Origin: a virus
Taxonomy: Duplodnaviria > Caudoviricetes
DNA: 35,734 nt
IMG/VR virus record: IMGVR_UViG_3300002092_000108
Coordinates: 1-35,734 of that record
Direction: 5' to 3' (one strand)
Shown here in pieces: positions 7,302-16,474 of the stretch. Each line of letters opens with the position of its first letter. The stretch's first letter is position 1. The translations under genes and the position numbers were made by a program. Under the pieces are notes generated by a model. It had not been told where the DNA came from and did no database searches. It worked only from the letters and a program-made list of their open reading frames with translations.

Positions 7302-7573
7302 TGGCAGGAACAAGAACTGGTGGCTTACAGGCTAAACAAACGAACATACAAAAATATGGAGAAGACTTCTACGCTAACATTGGCAGTATTGGTGGCAAGA
7401 ATGGTACAACTGGTGGATTTTATGCTGATACTGAACGAGCTAAAGCAGCCGGACAGAAAGGTGGCAAGATTAGCCGTAGAGGTTTAAGACTACTCAAAAA
7501 AGGTATTATTTTTTATACATATCAAAGCACAACTACAGGTCAAATTATGAAAATACGGATTAAGGACTTATGA
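7301..7573 (+). CDS. KGG-motif general stress protein
   Basis: MAGTRTGG...YGEDFYANIGSIGG...GGF...AGQKGGKISRR. Confidence 0.8.
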   Translation: MAGTRTGGLQAKQTNIQKYGEDFYANIGSIGGKNGTTGGFYADTERAKAAGQKGGKISRRGLRLLKKGIIFYTYQSTTTGQIMKIRIKDL

Positions 7574-7875
7574 ATCCAGACCACGAACAACATTTAACTA
7601 TGCTTCTGGAAACTATTACCGACAAAATAGATACAAAGTATAGAGCCGGACAGAAAGAACATGGTGGCAAACTATGGCAAAAACCTCACTTACTTGATGA
7701 AGCTATTAATGAAGCAGCAGATCAACTCATCTACTTACTAACAATAGAACAACAACAAAGGAATGCAGACGGATGTACCTGTCGAACTGTAGGCAAAGAC
7801 GATGGGATGTCTACTTGTTGGAATCATCACGATTGTAGCGAAGGAAACTGTACTCACCAAGATGGTGAAGATTAA
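7570..7875 (+). CDS. Hypothetical protein, possibly MazG-like all-alpha fold with a Cys/His-rich tail
   Basis: EAINEAAD acidic helix motif; C-terminal Cys/His cluster. Confidence 0.55.
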   Translation: MNPDHEQHLTMLLETITDKIDTKYRAGQKEHGGKLWQKPHLLDEAINEAADQLIYLLTIEQQQRNADGCTCRTVGKDDGMSTCWNHHDCSEGNCTHQDGED

Positions 7876-7894
7876 TTAAAAGATTGGTGGAATC

Positions 7895-8053
7895 ATGGCA
7901 TATATAACTGAACCTTGGAAAACAAAAATAGAAGTACCAACAGAAGATAGAAGATACATCGAACCTTTTGACTTCGATAAAGAATATGAACTAATGATGC
8001 AACGTATGAGAAAACGAATAAACAGGATTAAGAAAAACAATGAGAACAATTAG
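7895..8053 (+). CDS. Hypothetical protein, 52 aa
   Basis: Manual ORF MAYITEPWKTK...; GGTGG SD. Confidence 0.5.
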   Translation: MAYITEPWKTKIEVPTEDRRYIEPFDFDKEYELMMQRMRKRINRIKKNNENN

Positions 8054-8165
8054 CACTTATGACTTCATAGTCTTACTACTAAAAACACTATGGCCATTGT
8101 TAATTTTCACAGCAATAGCTATATACCTAATCATTAAAGACGCAGGGAGGGCAGACGATGAGTAA
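8040..8165 (+). CDS. Single-TM microprotein, 41 aa
   Basis: Manual ORF MRTISTYDFIVLLLKTLWPLLIFTAIAIYLIIKDAGRADDE. Confidence 0.5.
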   Translation: MRTISTYDFIVLLLKTLWPLLIFTAIAIYLIIKDAGRADDE

Positions 8166-8260
8166 AGATGAAAAGATAGATGAGATAATGGGTTATGTAC
8201 ATGTATTATGTTCATGTATTATTGTGGCTTGAACCTCAAAAAGTAAAAGAAAGGGAGTGA
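8158..8260 (+). pseudogene. Microprotein gene apparently frameshifted by a 13-bp tandem duplication
   Basis: GGGAGG SD; repeat units 8193-8205 and 8206-8218; removing one unit restores a stop overlapping the next start. Confidence 0.35.
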
Positions 8261-8469
8261 ATAATATGAGCTGGATTAAATGGCAAATATTTAAGGTATG
8301 TTTAAAGTATAACTGGAACTTCACCACCACCTACAAGGGCAGGATATGGAGTACACGCAAACTACCTGACTATAGTAAGCAACGTATATACTTCAGTGGC
8401 AATATGGACTTTAACCCCTCAAGTGGTGGCTACACAGATAGTTCACCCAAACCATTAAAGAAAGGTTGA
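8257..8469 (+). CDS. Hypothetical protein
   Basis: ORF track; start 8257 or 8266. Confidence 0.55.
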   Translation: MNNMSWIKWQIFKVCLKYNWNFTTTYKGRIWSTRKLPDYSKQRIYFSGNMDFNPSSGGYTDSSPKPLKKG

Positions 8470-8472
8470 GCA

Positions 8473-8667
8473 ATGAACTTAGATAAAAAAATAGATGAGA
8501 TACTTGTAGATAGCGTTGGTATGGACTTTTGCGAAAATGACGAATGCACACTTTATAAACAGTATTTAGATACTAAAAAAGCTATTAAACAACTTATTAA
8601 AGAACAAGTTACGGAAAGCTACAAAAAGGGTTACATAGATAAGGGAATTGAGGAGATAACAAAATGA
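8473..8667 (+). CDS. Hypothetical protein
   Basis: ORF track; operon-coupled. Confidence 0.6.
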   Translation: MNLDKKIDEILVDSVGMDFCENDECTLYKQYLDTKKAIKQLIKEQVTESYKKGYIDKGIEEITK

Positions 8668-8846
8668 GTCATGAACATGGAGGTGGTGAAGAAGCTATAA
8701 GAAGAAGCAATCTTGAAGCCCAACAGTATAACGATACAAAGAGAAGTAGAAGGTTAGGACAAGAAACAATGCAGAAAGCTATTGAAGAACGACTAATAGA
8801 GATAGAAGCACAAACAGAAGTAATAGAACCTATGGAGGATCAGTAA
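8664..8846 (+). CDS. Hypothetical protein
   Basis: GAGGAG SD; overlaps both neighbours. Confidence 0.6.
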   Translation: MSHEHGGGEEAIRRSNLEAQQYNDTKRSRRLGQETMQKAIEERLIEIEAQTEVIEPMEDQ

Positions 8847-8932
8847 TGGATTATGGATTAATGCTAGAGATTGTAGGCAGTACATTCTTTGGACTAATAG
8901 TTGCTTATCTAATTATAAGCATTGAACGATAG
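8846..8932 (+). CDS. Single-TM microprotein, 28 aa
   Basis: Manual ORF MDYGLMLEIVGSTFFGLIVAYLIISIER; GGAGG SD; TAATG overlap. Confidence 0.5.
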   Translation: MDYGLMLEIVGSTFFGLIVAYLIISIER

Positions 8933-8971
8933 CATATATTTTGCTACGATTAAAACAACACGGGTAGGACT

Positions 8972-9092
8972 CTTAAATTATTAAATACAGGCATGGGTGA
9001 TGTTATCACAATACCCAACCTTTCTATGGTAGCCTAGCATTTCTGTTCCCACTCTTATGCTAGGTCGCCTATGTCTATATTGAATGTTTAAG
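8972..9092 (+). ncRNA. Putative structured RNA/DNA element before terS
   Basis: Interrupted stem of about 26 bp (8972-9000/9065-9092) plus inner hairpin 9033-9040/9057-9064. Confidence 0.5.
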
Positions 9093-9112
9093 GCCATGAA
9101 TAAGGTGAATCA

Positions 9113-9574
9113 ATGGCTACTACCAAACCTAAGACAACCAAACCTAAGACTAAAAGACTAACAGTCAAGCAAACAAAGTTTCTGAATGCTAAAGTACAGG
9201 GTAAATCAGGTACAAGAGCATACATGGAGGCCTATAACACTAAGAACGTTAATGTCGCAAAGGTAGAAGCTAGCCGCACCCTATCAAAACCTAACGTACA
9301 AGAAGCGTATCAGGTAGCGTTAGAAAAGAACGGCATAACACTAGATAGGGCTATTGCTCCTATTGGCAAAGCACTTGTTGCTACTAAGGTTCTTATAACC
9401 GGAAAAGATGAAGATGCATTTGCTGAAGTAGTAGACGATATAGATGTACAACTCAAAGGATCAGACAGAGCATTGAAGCTCATGGGTATAAGCCAAGGTG
9501 ACACTAATAACCAAACTGTAAACATCAACTTTAATCAGGTGGCTGAAGATGTCCGAAAATCAATCGGTATATAA
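9113..9574 (+). CDS. terS: Terminase small subunit
   Basis: LTVKQTKF...AYMEAY...ASRTLSKPNV HTH pattern; directly precedes TerL. Confidence 0.85.
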   Translation: MATTKPKTTKPKTKRLTVKQTKFLNAKVQGKSGTRAYMEAYNTKNVNVAKVEASRTLSKPNVQEAYQVALEKNGITLDRAIAPIGKALVATKVLITGKDEDAFAEVVDDIDVQLKGSDRALKLMGISQGDTNNQTVNINFNQVAEDVRKSIGI

Positions 9575-10355
9575 CAACTATGCCATTGGTATAGAGAAGT
9601 ATCTAACGATAGTTAATAAAGACAATACAGAAGTACCATTCATTCTAAACGATATACAACGCTCCTATGTGAATCAATCATCTAATAGAGACATCATACT
9701 CAAAGCTAGACAACAGGGATTCTCAAGTCTTATCTTAGCTGCATTCACTCTGGATTTTATCCTTAAAGAGAACACTAACTCGGTAGTTGTAGCTGACAAA
9801 GCAGACAATGCTCAATCATTACTTGCAAGAGTTAAGTGGTACATCAAAGCTTTTGAGCAATCAACTGGATCTCAAGTACCTCTCAAGTACAACTCTAAGT
9901 ATCAATTAGTAAATGGAGCAAACAATGCAACATACACCATCGGAACAGCACAAGAACAAGACTTCGGAAGGTCAAGAACAATTACTAACTTGCATTTGTC
10001 TGAAGCAGCATTCTATCCTAACTTGCCTAACTTACTTGCTGGAGCAGCACAAGCAGTCGTGCCAACAGGTAAACTCGTTATTGAAACAACAGCCAATGGT
10101 TTTAATTCATTTAAAACGCTATGGGATGACTCAGTCTTGGGTAATACGGCCTACCAACCATTATTCTTCGAAGCATCAAAGTTCTATGATAAACCAACCC
10201 TTGAACTAAAACGTAAAGAACTTGGTGACAGGCTATACAACCAAGAGTATCCAAGTACACCTGAACTAGCATTCATTACATCTGGACAACCATTCTTTGA
10301 CTCTGATTCTATGCAATGGTATTTAAAGCAAGCTAAGGATCCAATGACTGTATGA
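9549..10355 (+). CDS. terL: Terminase large subunit, ATPase half
   Basis: LN.IQ adenine motif, Walker A LKARQQGFS, Walker B LHLSEAAF, motif III ETTANG. Confidence 0.9.
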   Translation: MSENQSVYNNYAIGIEKYLTIVNKDNTEVPFILNDIQRSYVNQSSNRDIILKARQQGFSSLILAAFTLDFILKENTNSVVVADKADNAQSLLARVKWYIKAFEQSTGSQVPLKYNSKYQLVNGANNATYTIGTAQEQDFGRSRTITNLHLSEAAFYPNLPNLLAGAAQAVVPTGKLVIETTANGFNSFKTLWDDSVLGNTAYQPLFFEASKFYDKPTLELKRKELGDRLYNQEYPSTPELAFITSGQPFFDSDSMQWYLKQAKDPMTV

Positions 10356-11011
10356 AATACTTTAGACGTTACAGAGAATTAGATAGAGGTGAGTTTATAG
10401 TATGCTTCGCTGATACAGCAGCAGGTGGAATAGATTATTGTGCAGCACAGTTTCTTAGTAAAGATAAAGTTGATGTACCTATTATCTATCATGCTCAAAC
10501 AATAGCTACTGAGATGACCCCGGCATTACATCATGAACTAGAACGAATCTATGAAGCAACAGGTGTACAACCAGTTGTATGTTTCGAACGTAACAATGGT
10601 GGAGTATATGAATTAGAACGACTAGCAGGACTCAATCGCAATGGTAAGTACTTAATCTATCAAGAGAAGAAGAACGTAGGTTCAACTGATTCAACAGTAA
10701 GTACACCTAAACTAGGATGGACTACTAACTCAGCTACTAGACCTGTAATGCTATCAATGCTTAAAGATGCAATAGATACTAGATTACTTACAATCTATGA
10801 TCGACCAACTATCAATGAAATGTTTGCTTTCGTAGTAGTTCAGACCAGCAGTAGTTGGAAAGCTCAAGCCGAGAGTGGAGCGCATGATGATTTAATTATG
10901 AGTCTAGCCGGAGCATGGCAGATGTATCAAACAGAGGAACGACCAATCGATTACTCTAGAGTTACTATGCCAAGTGAAAAGCTCTTTGATTCAGATGGGT
11001 TTTATATATGA
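10352..11011 (+). CDS. terL: Terminase large subunit, RNase H-like nuclease half
   Basis: FADTA, FERN, GWTT and HDDLIMSLA motifs. Confidence 0.88.
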   Translation: MKYFRRYRELDRGEFIVCFADTAAGGIDYCAAQFLSKDKVDVPIIYHAQTIATEMTPALHHELERIYEATGVQPVVCFERNNGGVYELERLAGLNRNGKYLIYQEKKNVGSTDSTVSTPKLGWTTNSATRPVMLSMLKDAIDTRLLTIYDRPTINEMFAFVVVQTSSSWKAQAESGAHDDLIMSLAGAWQMYQTEERPIDYSRVTMPSEKLFDSDGFYI

Positions 11012-11319
11012 CAAAACAAGAAGCACTTAATCTTATCTCGGTTCAAATGGAACGCATGGAAGACTATGGACAGTTACAAGTATTCATTAAAAGACATGGT
11101 GGTCAGATAACAAGTATAGATACTAACTATACATCGACTATGAAGTTTACAGAGAAAGACCCAAACGTAGTAGCAGTAAGTAACATACTAACTCTGTTTA
11201 AAGCTGCAACTGCATCAAGTGAGTCTATTGGCAGGAAAACAACACTAGGATTTAACGTAATTATTGATGAGCATGGTCGAGCTAACATCATGCAAGTACA
11301 AGACTTTAAGAAACTATAA
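11008..11319 (+). CDS. Hypothetical protein (N-terminus reminiscent of DUF2292/YezD-like)
   Basis: ATGA overlap; helix followed by YGQLQVFIKRHGGQITSID beta-hairpin pattern. Confidence 0.6.
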   Translation: MTKQEALNLISVQMERMEDYGQLQVFIKRHGGQITSIDTNYTSTMKFTEKDPNVVAVSNILTLFKAATASSESIGRKTTLGFNVIIDEHGRANIMQVQDFKKL

Positions 11320-11342
11320 GGATAATTTAAAGGAGATGAGCT

Positions 11343-11525
11343 ATGAGACACACATACAAAGGAATAACAGTAGATTTATCATTCGATGGAAACTATTACT
11401 ATGAATATACATTTACATACAATGGCACAAAGTACACCAACACAAGTGATATAGCTATGGATGAAATGGATGCATACAATTGGCTAATTGAAGATGCTAA
11501 GGAAAAAATAGACTCATTAACATGA
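11343..11525 (+). CDS. Small acidic Tyr-rich protein
   Basis: AAGGAG SD; 60 aa. Confidence 0.65.
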   Translation: MRHTYKGITVDLSFDGNYYYEYTFTYNGTKYTNTSDIAMDEMDAYNWLIEDAKEKIDSLT

Positions 11526-11528
11526 TAA

Positions 11529-11591
11529 TGGTATAATGCGGACAACACTAGGACATGCCGATGTGATAACTCTAATTCGAGGTATCTGCAT
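11529..11591 (+). promoter_or_regulatory. Extended -10 promoter and SD-sequestering hairpin for the portal gene
   Basis: TGgTATAAT 11529-11537; hairpin 11561-11572/11579-11591 covers GAGGT. Confidence 0.55.
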
Positions 11592-13516
11592 TGGCTACTA
11601 AACAAAAAACTACAAATACAACTGACTCATCAACTTCTGAACTAATAAAGCAGAAGACTTCATCATGGAACTATACTGCTGTTATAAGGGCAACATGGCC
11701 AGACAAAGAACGATTACTAATTGGAAGACTGTCTGATTCTTATTCACTTAAATCTACAAGGTCACATGTTACTGATGCTCACCTATCTACTCTAGTATTC
11801 GAAAGACAACCTAGGGTTGCTTCACAATTACCTACTGGAAAAATCTATGCTCTATCTAGTGAAGATGATGGCGCTGCTTTACTAATGAATCTAATAATGA
11901 ATAAGTATGTATACAAGCATGCTAATTCACAATTCGACTTATTAACTAAGCTTCGCATGAGTGGAGTATATGCATCTGCATATGGTGCTCAACCTATACT
12001 CTATGACTACAGAATAGATGACGAATACATTGGTCCAGACTGTTGGTTAATACCAATACGAAACTTCTATCCTCAACCTGGAAAGAATGACATTCGTGAT
12101 ATGGACTGGGCAATGGTATCAAAGATAGAATCAGTCTCATTCTTGGAAGCTATTACCAAAAGGAAGAACACCAAATGGAATACGAAGAACATCCAGACGT
12201 TGATCGACGAGTTAAAGACAGGTGGAAGCCCATCACGAGACCTAAACAGCGACAGAAAGTCAGCCGTAGAAAACCTAAGAAATAACGGAACACCTTACCA
12301 AGATAAAGATAATGGAGTACGAGTAGAACTTGTTACTAAGTATGAAAAGGGAACAACTGGAAGATGGATAACATTTGCTCCTGATTACCCAGAAGTAGGC
12401 AAGCTTAGAGATATACCTAACCCTCACAAGTCAGGTCAGATACCTATTGTTATGAGACAGTGTTTCCCATTACTTGATTCACCTTATGGACTCGGTGACT
12501 TTGAACGTGGTATTACTCTCCAGAAAGCTAAAGACTCACTAATTAACTTATACCTAGATGCAGTTAAACTATCTATATTCCCACCACTTAAAGTAGACCT
12601 AGCTAATGTAACAGCATCAACAATTAGACAAGAAGCCGGTGCTAGATGGCTAATGAAAGACCTTAATGCAGTAGCTCCTTATCAGACATCACCAGTAGGC
12701 ATGGAAACATTCCAAGGTACTTATCAGTTCCTTACTACAGCATTACTTAATCAGAATGGTACAACAGATACATCAGTTAGTAGTGCAGATGGTGGTAACC
12801 CAGCATATGGCAAGACACCACAAGCAATTGCAGCTTTACAGCAAAGAGAAAATGCACGAGATAACTGGGATAGATTCATGTTAGAGAAAACTATGGAAGA
12901 CCTATTCGAGGGTATGATTAATCTTATTGGTGAGAACCAAGAGAAGCCTATTAACTTCCATTTATTCGATGATGACATTAAAACAGTAGAAGACCAGTTC
13001 GATGAAGATGATCTAAAAGGATTCATGAAGAAAGTAAACAGTAGAGTAGCTAAGGTTACTATACCTAAGAGTTTAATTGGTGGTCAGTATAAGTTCTGCA
13101 TTGATGCATCATCCAGCATGAGTAAAGACGAAGAAGCACAAGATGCTGCTCTAACTGAAATCATTACATTCTACCTACAAGGCCAACAGATGATTGACCA
13201 AGCATTACAACAAGATGGTATGAAGTTCAACTTAGCCCAAGCATTCAAAGCTAAAGTTATTAACTCAGGTATTCAAGACTGGGATGACATCATTGAAGAC
13301 CATAGTGATGACGAACAAGGTGAACAAGAACAAGGTATGCCAGGACAGCAACAACCACCAATGCAGATGCCACAGTTCCAAGACCCTAAGATTCAGCAAC
13401 TAGCACAGCAGATGTTTGGACAACAAGCTCAGGGACAACCATCACCACAACCTCAAACTATGCCACAACAACAAGCACCACAACAGCCTATGCAACCTAA
13501 TCAAGGGAGTTACTAA
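11591..13516 (+). CDS. Portal protein (P22-like) with Q/P-rich tail
   Basis: 641 aa; position after TerL; NFYPQP and PYGLGD motifs. Confidence 0.85.
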   Translation: MATKQKTTNTTDSSTSELIKQKTSSWNYTAVIRATWPDKERLLIGRLSDSYSLKSTRSHVTDAHLSTLVFERQPRVASQLPTGKIYALSSEDDGAALLMNLIMNKYVYKHANSQFDLLTKLRMSGVYASAYGAQPILYDYRIDDEYIGPDCWLIPIRNFYPQPGKNDIRDMDWAMVSKIESVSFLEAITKRKNTKWNTKNIQTLIDELKTGGSPSRDLNSDRKSAVENLRNNGTPYQDKDNGVRVELVTKYEKGTTGRWITFAPDYPEVGKLRDIPNPHKSGQIPIVMRQCFPLLDSPYGLGDFERGITLQKAKDSLINLYLDAVKLSIFPPLKVDLANVTASTIRQEAGARWLMKDLNAVAPYQTSPVGMETFQGTYQFLTTALLNQNGTTDTSVSSADGGNPAYGKTPQAIAALQQRENARDNWDRFMLEKTMEDLFEGMINLIGENQEKPINFHLFDDDIKTVEDQFDEDDLKGFMKKVNSRVAKVTIPKSLIGGQYKFCIDASSSMSKDEEAQDAALTEIITFYLQGQQMIDQALQQDGMKFNLAQAFKAKVINSGIQDWDDIIEDHSDDEQGEQEQGMPGQQQPPMQMPQFQDPKIQQLAQQMFGQQAQGQPSPQPQTMPQQQAPQQPMQPNQGSY

Positions 13517-13857
13517 TGGATAATCAATCCTTAATACCAGATACCCCTTTAATCGCTACTGAAGATATGGTTAGTGACCAAACACTTCAAGAGCAGATTG
13601 ACTTAGACCAAGAGAAAGCAATAGCTGAGATTATTGTTACTCCCGGCTGGAAAGTAGTAGAGCAAAAGCTAGATAACTATATTGAAACATTCAGAACAGG
13701 TAAGTTCATGGGTGATACAGAAAACCTAGCATTAGCCGACATCGGCCAGAAGTTTGTTATAGCCAATACTGTAGCAAGCATTTGTGAAGACATTAAATCA
13801 ACAGTCTATAAAGCAGCGGAAGCGGTGGCCGAACATGAACGAAGACAAAGAAAATAA
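13516..13857 (+). CDS. Portal-adjacent helical phage protein
   Basis: TPGWKVV motif; TAATG coupling. Confidence 0.7.
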   Translation: MDNQSLIPDTPLIATEDMVSDQTLQEQIDLDQEKAIAEIIVTPGWKVVEQKLDNYIETFRTGKFMGDTENLALADIGQKFVIANTVASICEDIKSTVYKAAEAVAEHERRQRK

Positions 13858-14056
13858 AGGAGATGCATATGAAATAAACCTAGATGAGCTACCTCAGCCA
13901 CAATTAACAGGACACCAGTGGCGACAACAAGGTACAGCATTAGTATGTCAGTCTTGCCCTTTCACACACGGATCACATCTCGAACCAGGTTATCAACTCT
14001 ACGGAATAGATGACGATGGTACACCAATGTTACGAAAGATAATCATTAAGAATTGA
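13835..14056 (+). CDS. Small putative zinc-binding protein
   Basis: HQWRQQG...CQSCPFTH. Confidence 0.65.
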   Translation: MNEDKENKGDAYEINLDELPQPQLTGHQWRQQGTALVCQSCPFTHGSHLEPGYQLYGIDDDGTPMLRKIIIKN

Positions 14057-14059
14057 GAT

Positions 14060-14121
14060 GTGGTTAGGAATCCACCATCCTAGCCACTTCCTGATACTTA
14101 TATCAGCCCTGCGAGCTAGGG
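14060..14121 (+). promoter_or_regulatory. Triple-hairpin leader of the scaffold gene
   Basis: 14060-14069/14078-14087; CTGATA-CTTA-TATCAG; CCCT/AGGG. Confidence 0.5.
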
Positions 14122-14149
14122 ATATCAGCCGTAATAACAAAGGAGATCT

Positions 14150-14977
14150 ATGGACGAAATTACGCCCCAAGAATCAGCCGTAAACAATGTCGCTGTAGAA
14201 GACAACAGCGTTACACCTTCGGCAAGTGAAGAAACAACAACTTCAACACCACAAGAAAGCACTGCTGACACAGGACAGTCTGACTCAACTCCGACTGAGG
14301 AACCAAAGCAAGAGCAATCAAGTGATGTAGAACGCCAGCAGGTTCGACCAGCCCAACGTCGAATCCAGGGTTTAGTAGAAGAAAACAAGAGTTTGAAAGA
14401 ACAACTAGGCAGGTTCGACTCAACTCCATTCACGCCACCGCCACAGCAAAAGCTTTCTGACTATTTCGCAGGTCAAGACTCAGTCTTACCAGAAGATTTA
14501 GACAAAGCAGCTGAACAAATGACGGCTCAGGCAGCCAATGGACTTGTTGATATAAAAGTACAAGCCTTGGAACAGAAGTTGGTGCAACAGCAAGCAGTAT
14601 CTAATTTAGAGAAAGACTCAGCTCTCCTCCCAAAGGAGTATCCGGAACTGGATGAAAAGAGTGATAAGTACAATCCTAGATTAGAAGAAACTATTGCCGA
14701 AACATGGAAGAAACTCGCTGTCCACGAAAACCCTTACAATAATCAGATTAAGGTCATCGACCCTAAAGTGAGTCTAGCTGAAATAGCTAAGGGATTAGTG
14801 GATCTGACACGTTCAGCAGCGGAACAAGGCAAAGCATCAGCACATATTGGTTTAGCCAACTTAGCAGATAACGCAGCCATGACACCTGGTACAGATACAG
14901 CTCCTGAAAAGAAGTTCGAAGATTTATCAGTAGATGAAATGGAAGCAAGTTTGCGAGCAAAAGGTTACCAAGTCTAA
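14150..14977 (+). CDS. Capsid scaffolding protein
   Basis: Acidic low-complexity N-terminus, coiled coils, position just before the capsid gene. Confidence 0.8.
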   Translation: MDEITPQESAVNNVAVEDNSVTPSASEETTTSTPQESTADTGQSDSTPTEEPKQEQSSDVERQQVRPAQRRIQGLVEENKSLKEQLGRFDSTPFTPPPQQKLSDYFAGQDSVLPEDLDKAAEQMTAQAANGLVDIKVQALEQKLVQQQAVSNLEKDSALLPKEYPELDEKSDKYNPRLEETIAETWKKLAVHENPYNNQIKVIDPKVSLAEIAKGLVDLTRSAAEQGKASAHIGLANLADNAAMTPGTDTAPEKKFEDLSVDEMEASLRAKGYQV

Positions 14978-15021
14978 TAAAAACTTTGCAATACAAATAT
15001 TAACAAATAGGAGACACTAAA

Positions 15022-15954
15022 ATGGCTTTAACATCCGTTTCAACCCTATCTGGTGAACTTATTGCTTACCTAGAAAAAAGATTCTTGGCTCGTTCAAGAA
15101 ACGCAATTGTTTTCGGAGAAGGCGCTCAAAAGAACGCAATCCCTGCTAACACTGGTAACACAATAAAGTTCAACAGGTATTCTCCACTTACTTCAGCAAG
15201 CACAGCTTTAACTGAAGGTGGTGGTACAACTTACCAATCTAACCCTGCTTCAGTACAACCTACTGCTGCTCAGGTTAGCGCTACTATCGCTCAATACGGT
15301 AACGTAATAGCTCTATCAGATCTATTGTTCGTAACTTCAATTGACCGAGAAGCAAAAGAAAAGACTGACTTAATGGCTCAGAACATGGCTGAAACATTAG
15401 ACAATTTGATCAGAGACGAATTGTACAGCGGTGGAACTGTACAATACGCAAACGCAAAGACTGCTTTAACAGCCGTTGCATCTGCTGACGTTCTAACAGC
15501 TACTGAAGTACGAAAAGTACGTCGATCACTACGCAAGAACAACGCAATGCCTTATGACGATGGCTTCTACCTAGCTAAAATCGGACCTGATACATCTTAT
15601 GACATCATGAACGACTCAGTATGGGTAAACGCTCACACCTATAAGGATGGCGACAACTTGTACAAGGGTGAAGTTGGAAAGCTATTTACTTTCCGATTCA
15701 TCGAAGCAACTGCTAACCAGAAGACAGAAAGCTCTACAGTTACTGTATTTTCTAACTTCTTCCACGGACAGCAAGCCTTCGGAACTATTGACCTTGATGG
15801 TATGCCTAATGGCCTTATCGTTAAGCAAGGTGGTGACCAAGATACGAGCAACCCTCTATCTCTATTCATCACTATTGGTTGGAAAGCAGCTTTTGCAGTT
15901 AAGACTCTTAACTCAAGCTGGATTTACAACGTCAAGACTGCAGCTTCAGCTTAG
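15022..15954 (+). CDS. Major capsid protein (N4-gp56 family, HK97 fold)
   Basis: IPANTGNTIKFNRY, LTEG, QYG, GEVG..FRF and DTSNPL...IGWK motifs. Confidence 0.92.
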   Translation: MALTSVSTLSGELIAYLEKRFLARSRNAIVFGEGAQKNAIPANTGNTIKFNRYSPLTSASTALTEGGGTTYQSNPASVQPTAAQVSATIAQYGNVIALSDLLFVTSIDREAKEKTDLMAQNMAETLDNLIRDELYSGGTVQYANAKTALTAVASADVLTATEVRKVRRSLRKNNAMPYDDGFYLAKIGPDTSYDIMNDSVWVNAHTYKDGDNLYKGEVGKLFTFRFIEATANQKTESSTVTVFSNFFHGQQAFGTIDLDGMPNGLIVKQGGDQDTSNPLSLFITIGWKAAFAVKTLNSSWIYNVKTAASA

Positions 15955-16037
15955 TCTGAACTGTTTGATGGTACATATTACATGTACAAAATGGGGTGGA
16001 AGGTGGCACCCTACCAAATTAACTAGGAGGAAAAATA

Positions 16038-16226
16038 ATGGCGGTAATAAATCCCCAAGCTACAACCGAGAGCATAACTGAAGATCACATCAAAGGACTT
16101 AGTGGCTATGCAATAGCTGAGAAGTACGGAATGGATGATGAAAAAGTAAAAGTAATCATTCGTGATTTAGAAGCTTCAGGAGCATTCGAACCAAAACCAA
16201 CACCTGAAACAAAAGCGAGCAAGTAA
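16038..16226 (+). CDS. Small protein with HTH-like pattern
   Basis: GLSGYAIAEKYGMDDEKVKVII; AGGAGG SD. Confidence 0.65.
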   Translation: MAVINPQATTESITEDHIKGLSGYAIAEKYGMDDEKVKVIIRDLEASGAFEPKPTPETKASK

Positions 16227-16474
16227 TGATATCTCCGGGAAGAGAACACGATATACGGATGCTTAAAGAAATGGTTCAAAAGGCCAAGACTGTAGAAGAA
16301 CGTAACAAGTGGAATCATAAGATTAGACAGATTCGTGAAGAAGGTAATCATCCTGACATCATGAATGCTAGACATAAACTTATAGATGCTACCCGGCGTA
16401 ATGATATCAAGGAAATAGAAGAACGAACCGATGAGCTACATAGATTAGCCCAATACAAAGGTTTGAGCAAATGA
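16226..16474 (+). CDS. Hypothetical helical protein
   Basis: TAATG coupling; charged helices. Confidence 0.65.
   Translation: MISPGREHDIRMLKEMVQKAKTVEERNKWNHKIRQIREEGNHPDIMNARHKLIDATRRNDIKEIEERTDELHRLAQYKGLSK

Noticed and set aside
10334-10355. Programmed frameshift joining the TerL halves
   Set aside because: No slippery heptamer in the 15 nt where both frames are open
13315-13510. Repetitive CAA-rich DNA at the portal 3' end
   Set aside because: Encodes an ordinary Q/P-rich low-complexity tail
15978-16014. Terminator after the capsid gene
   Set aside because: Two hairpins are present but no U-tract follows
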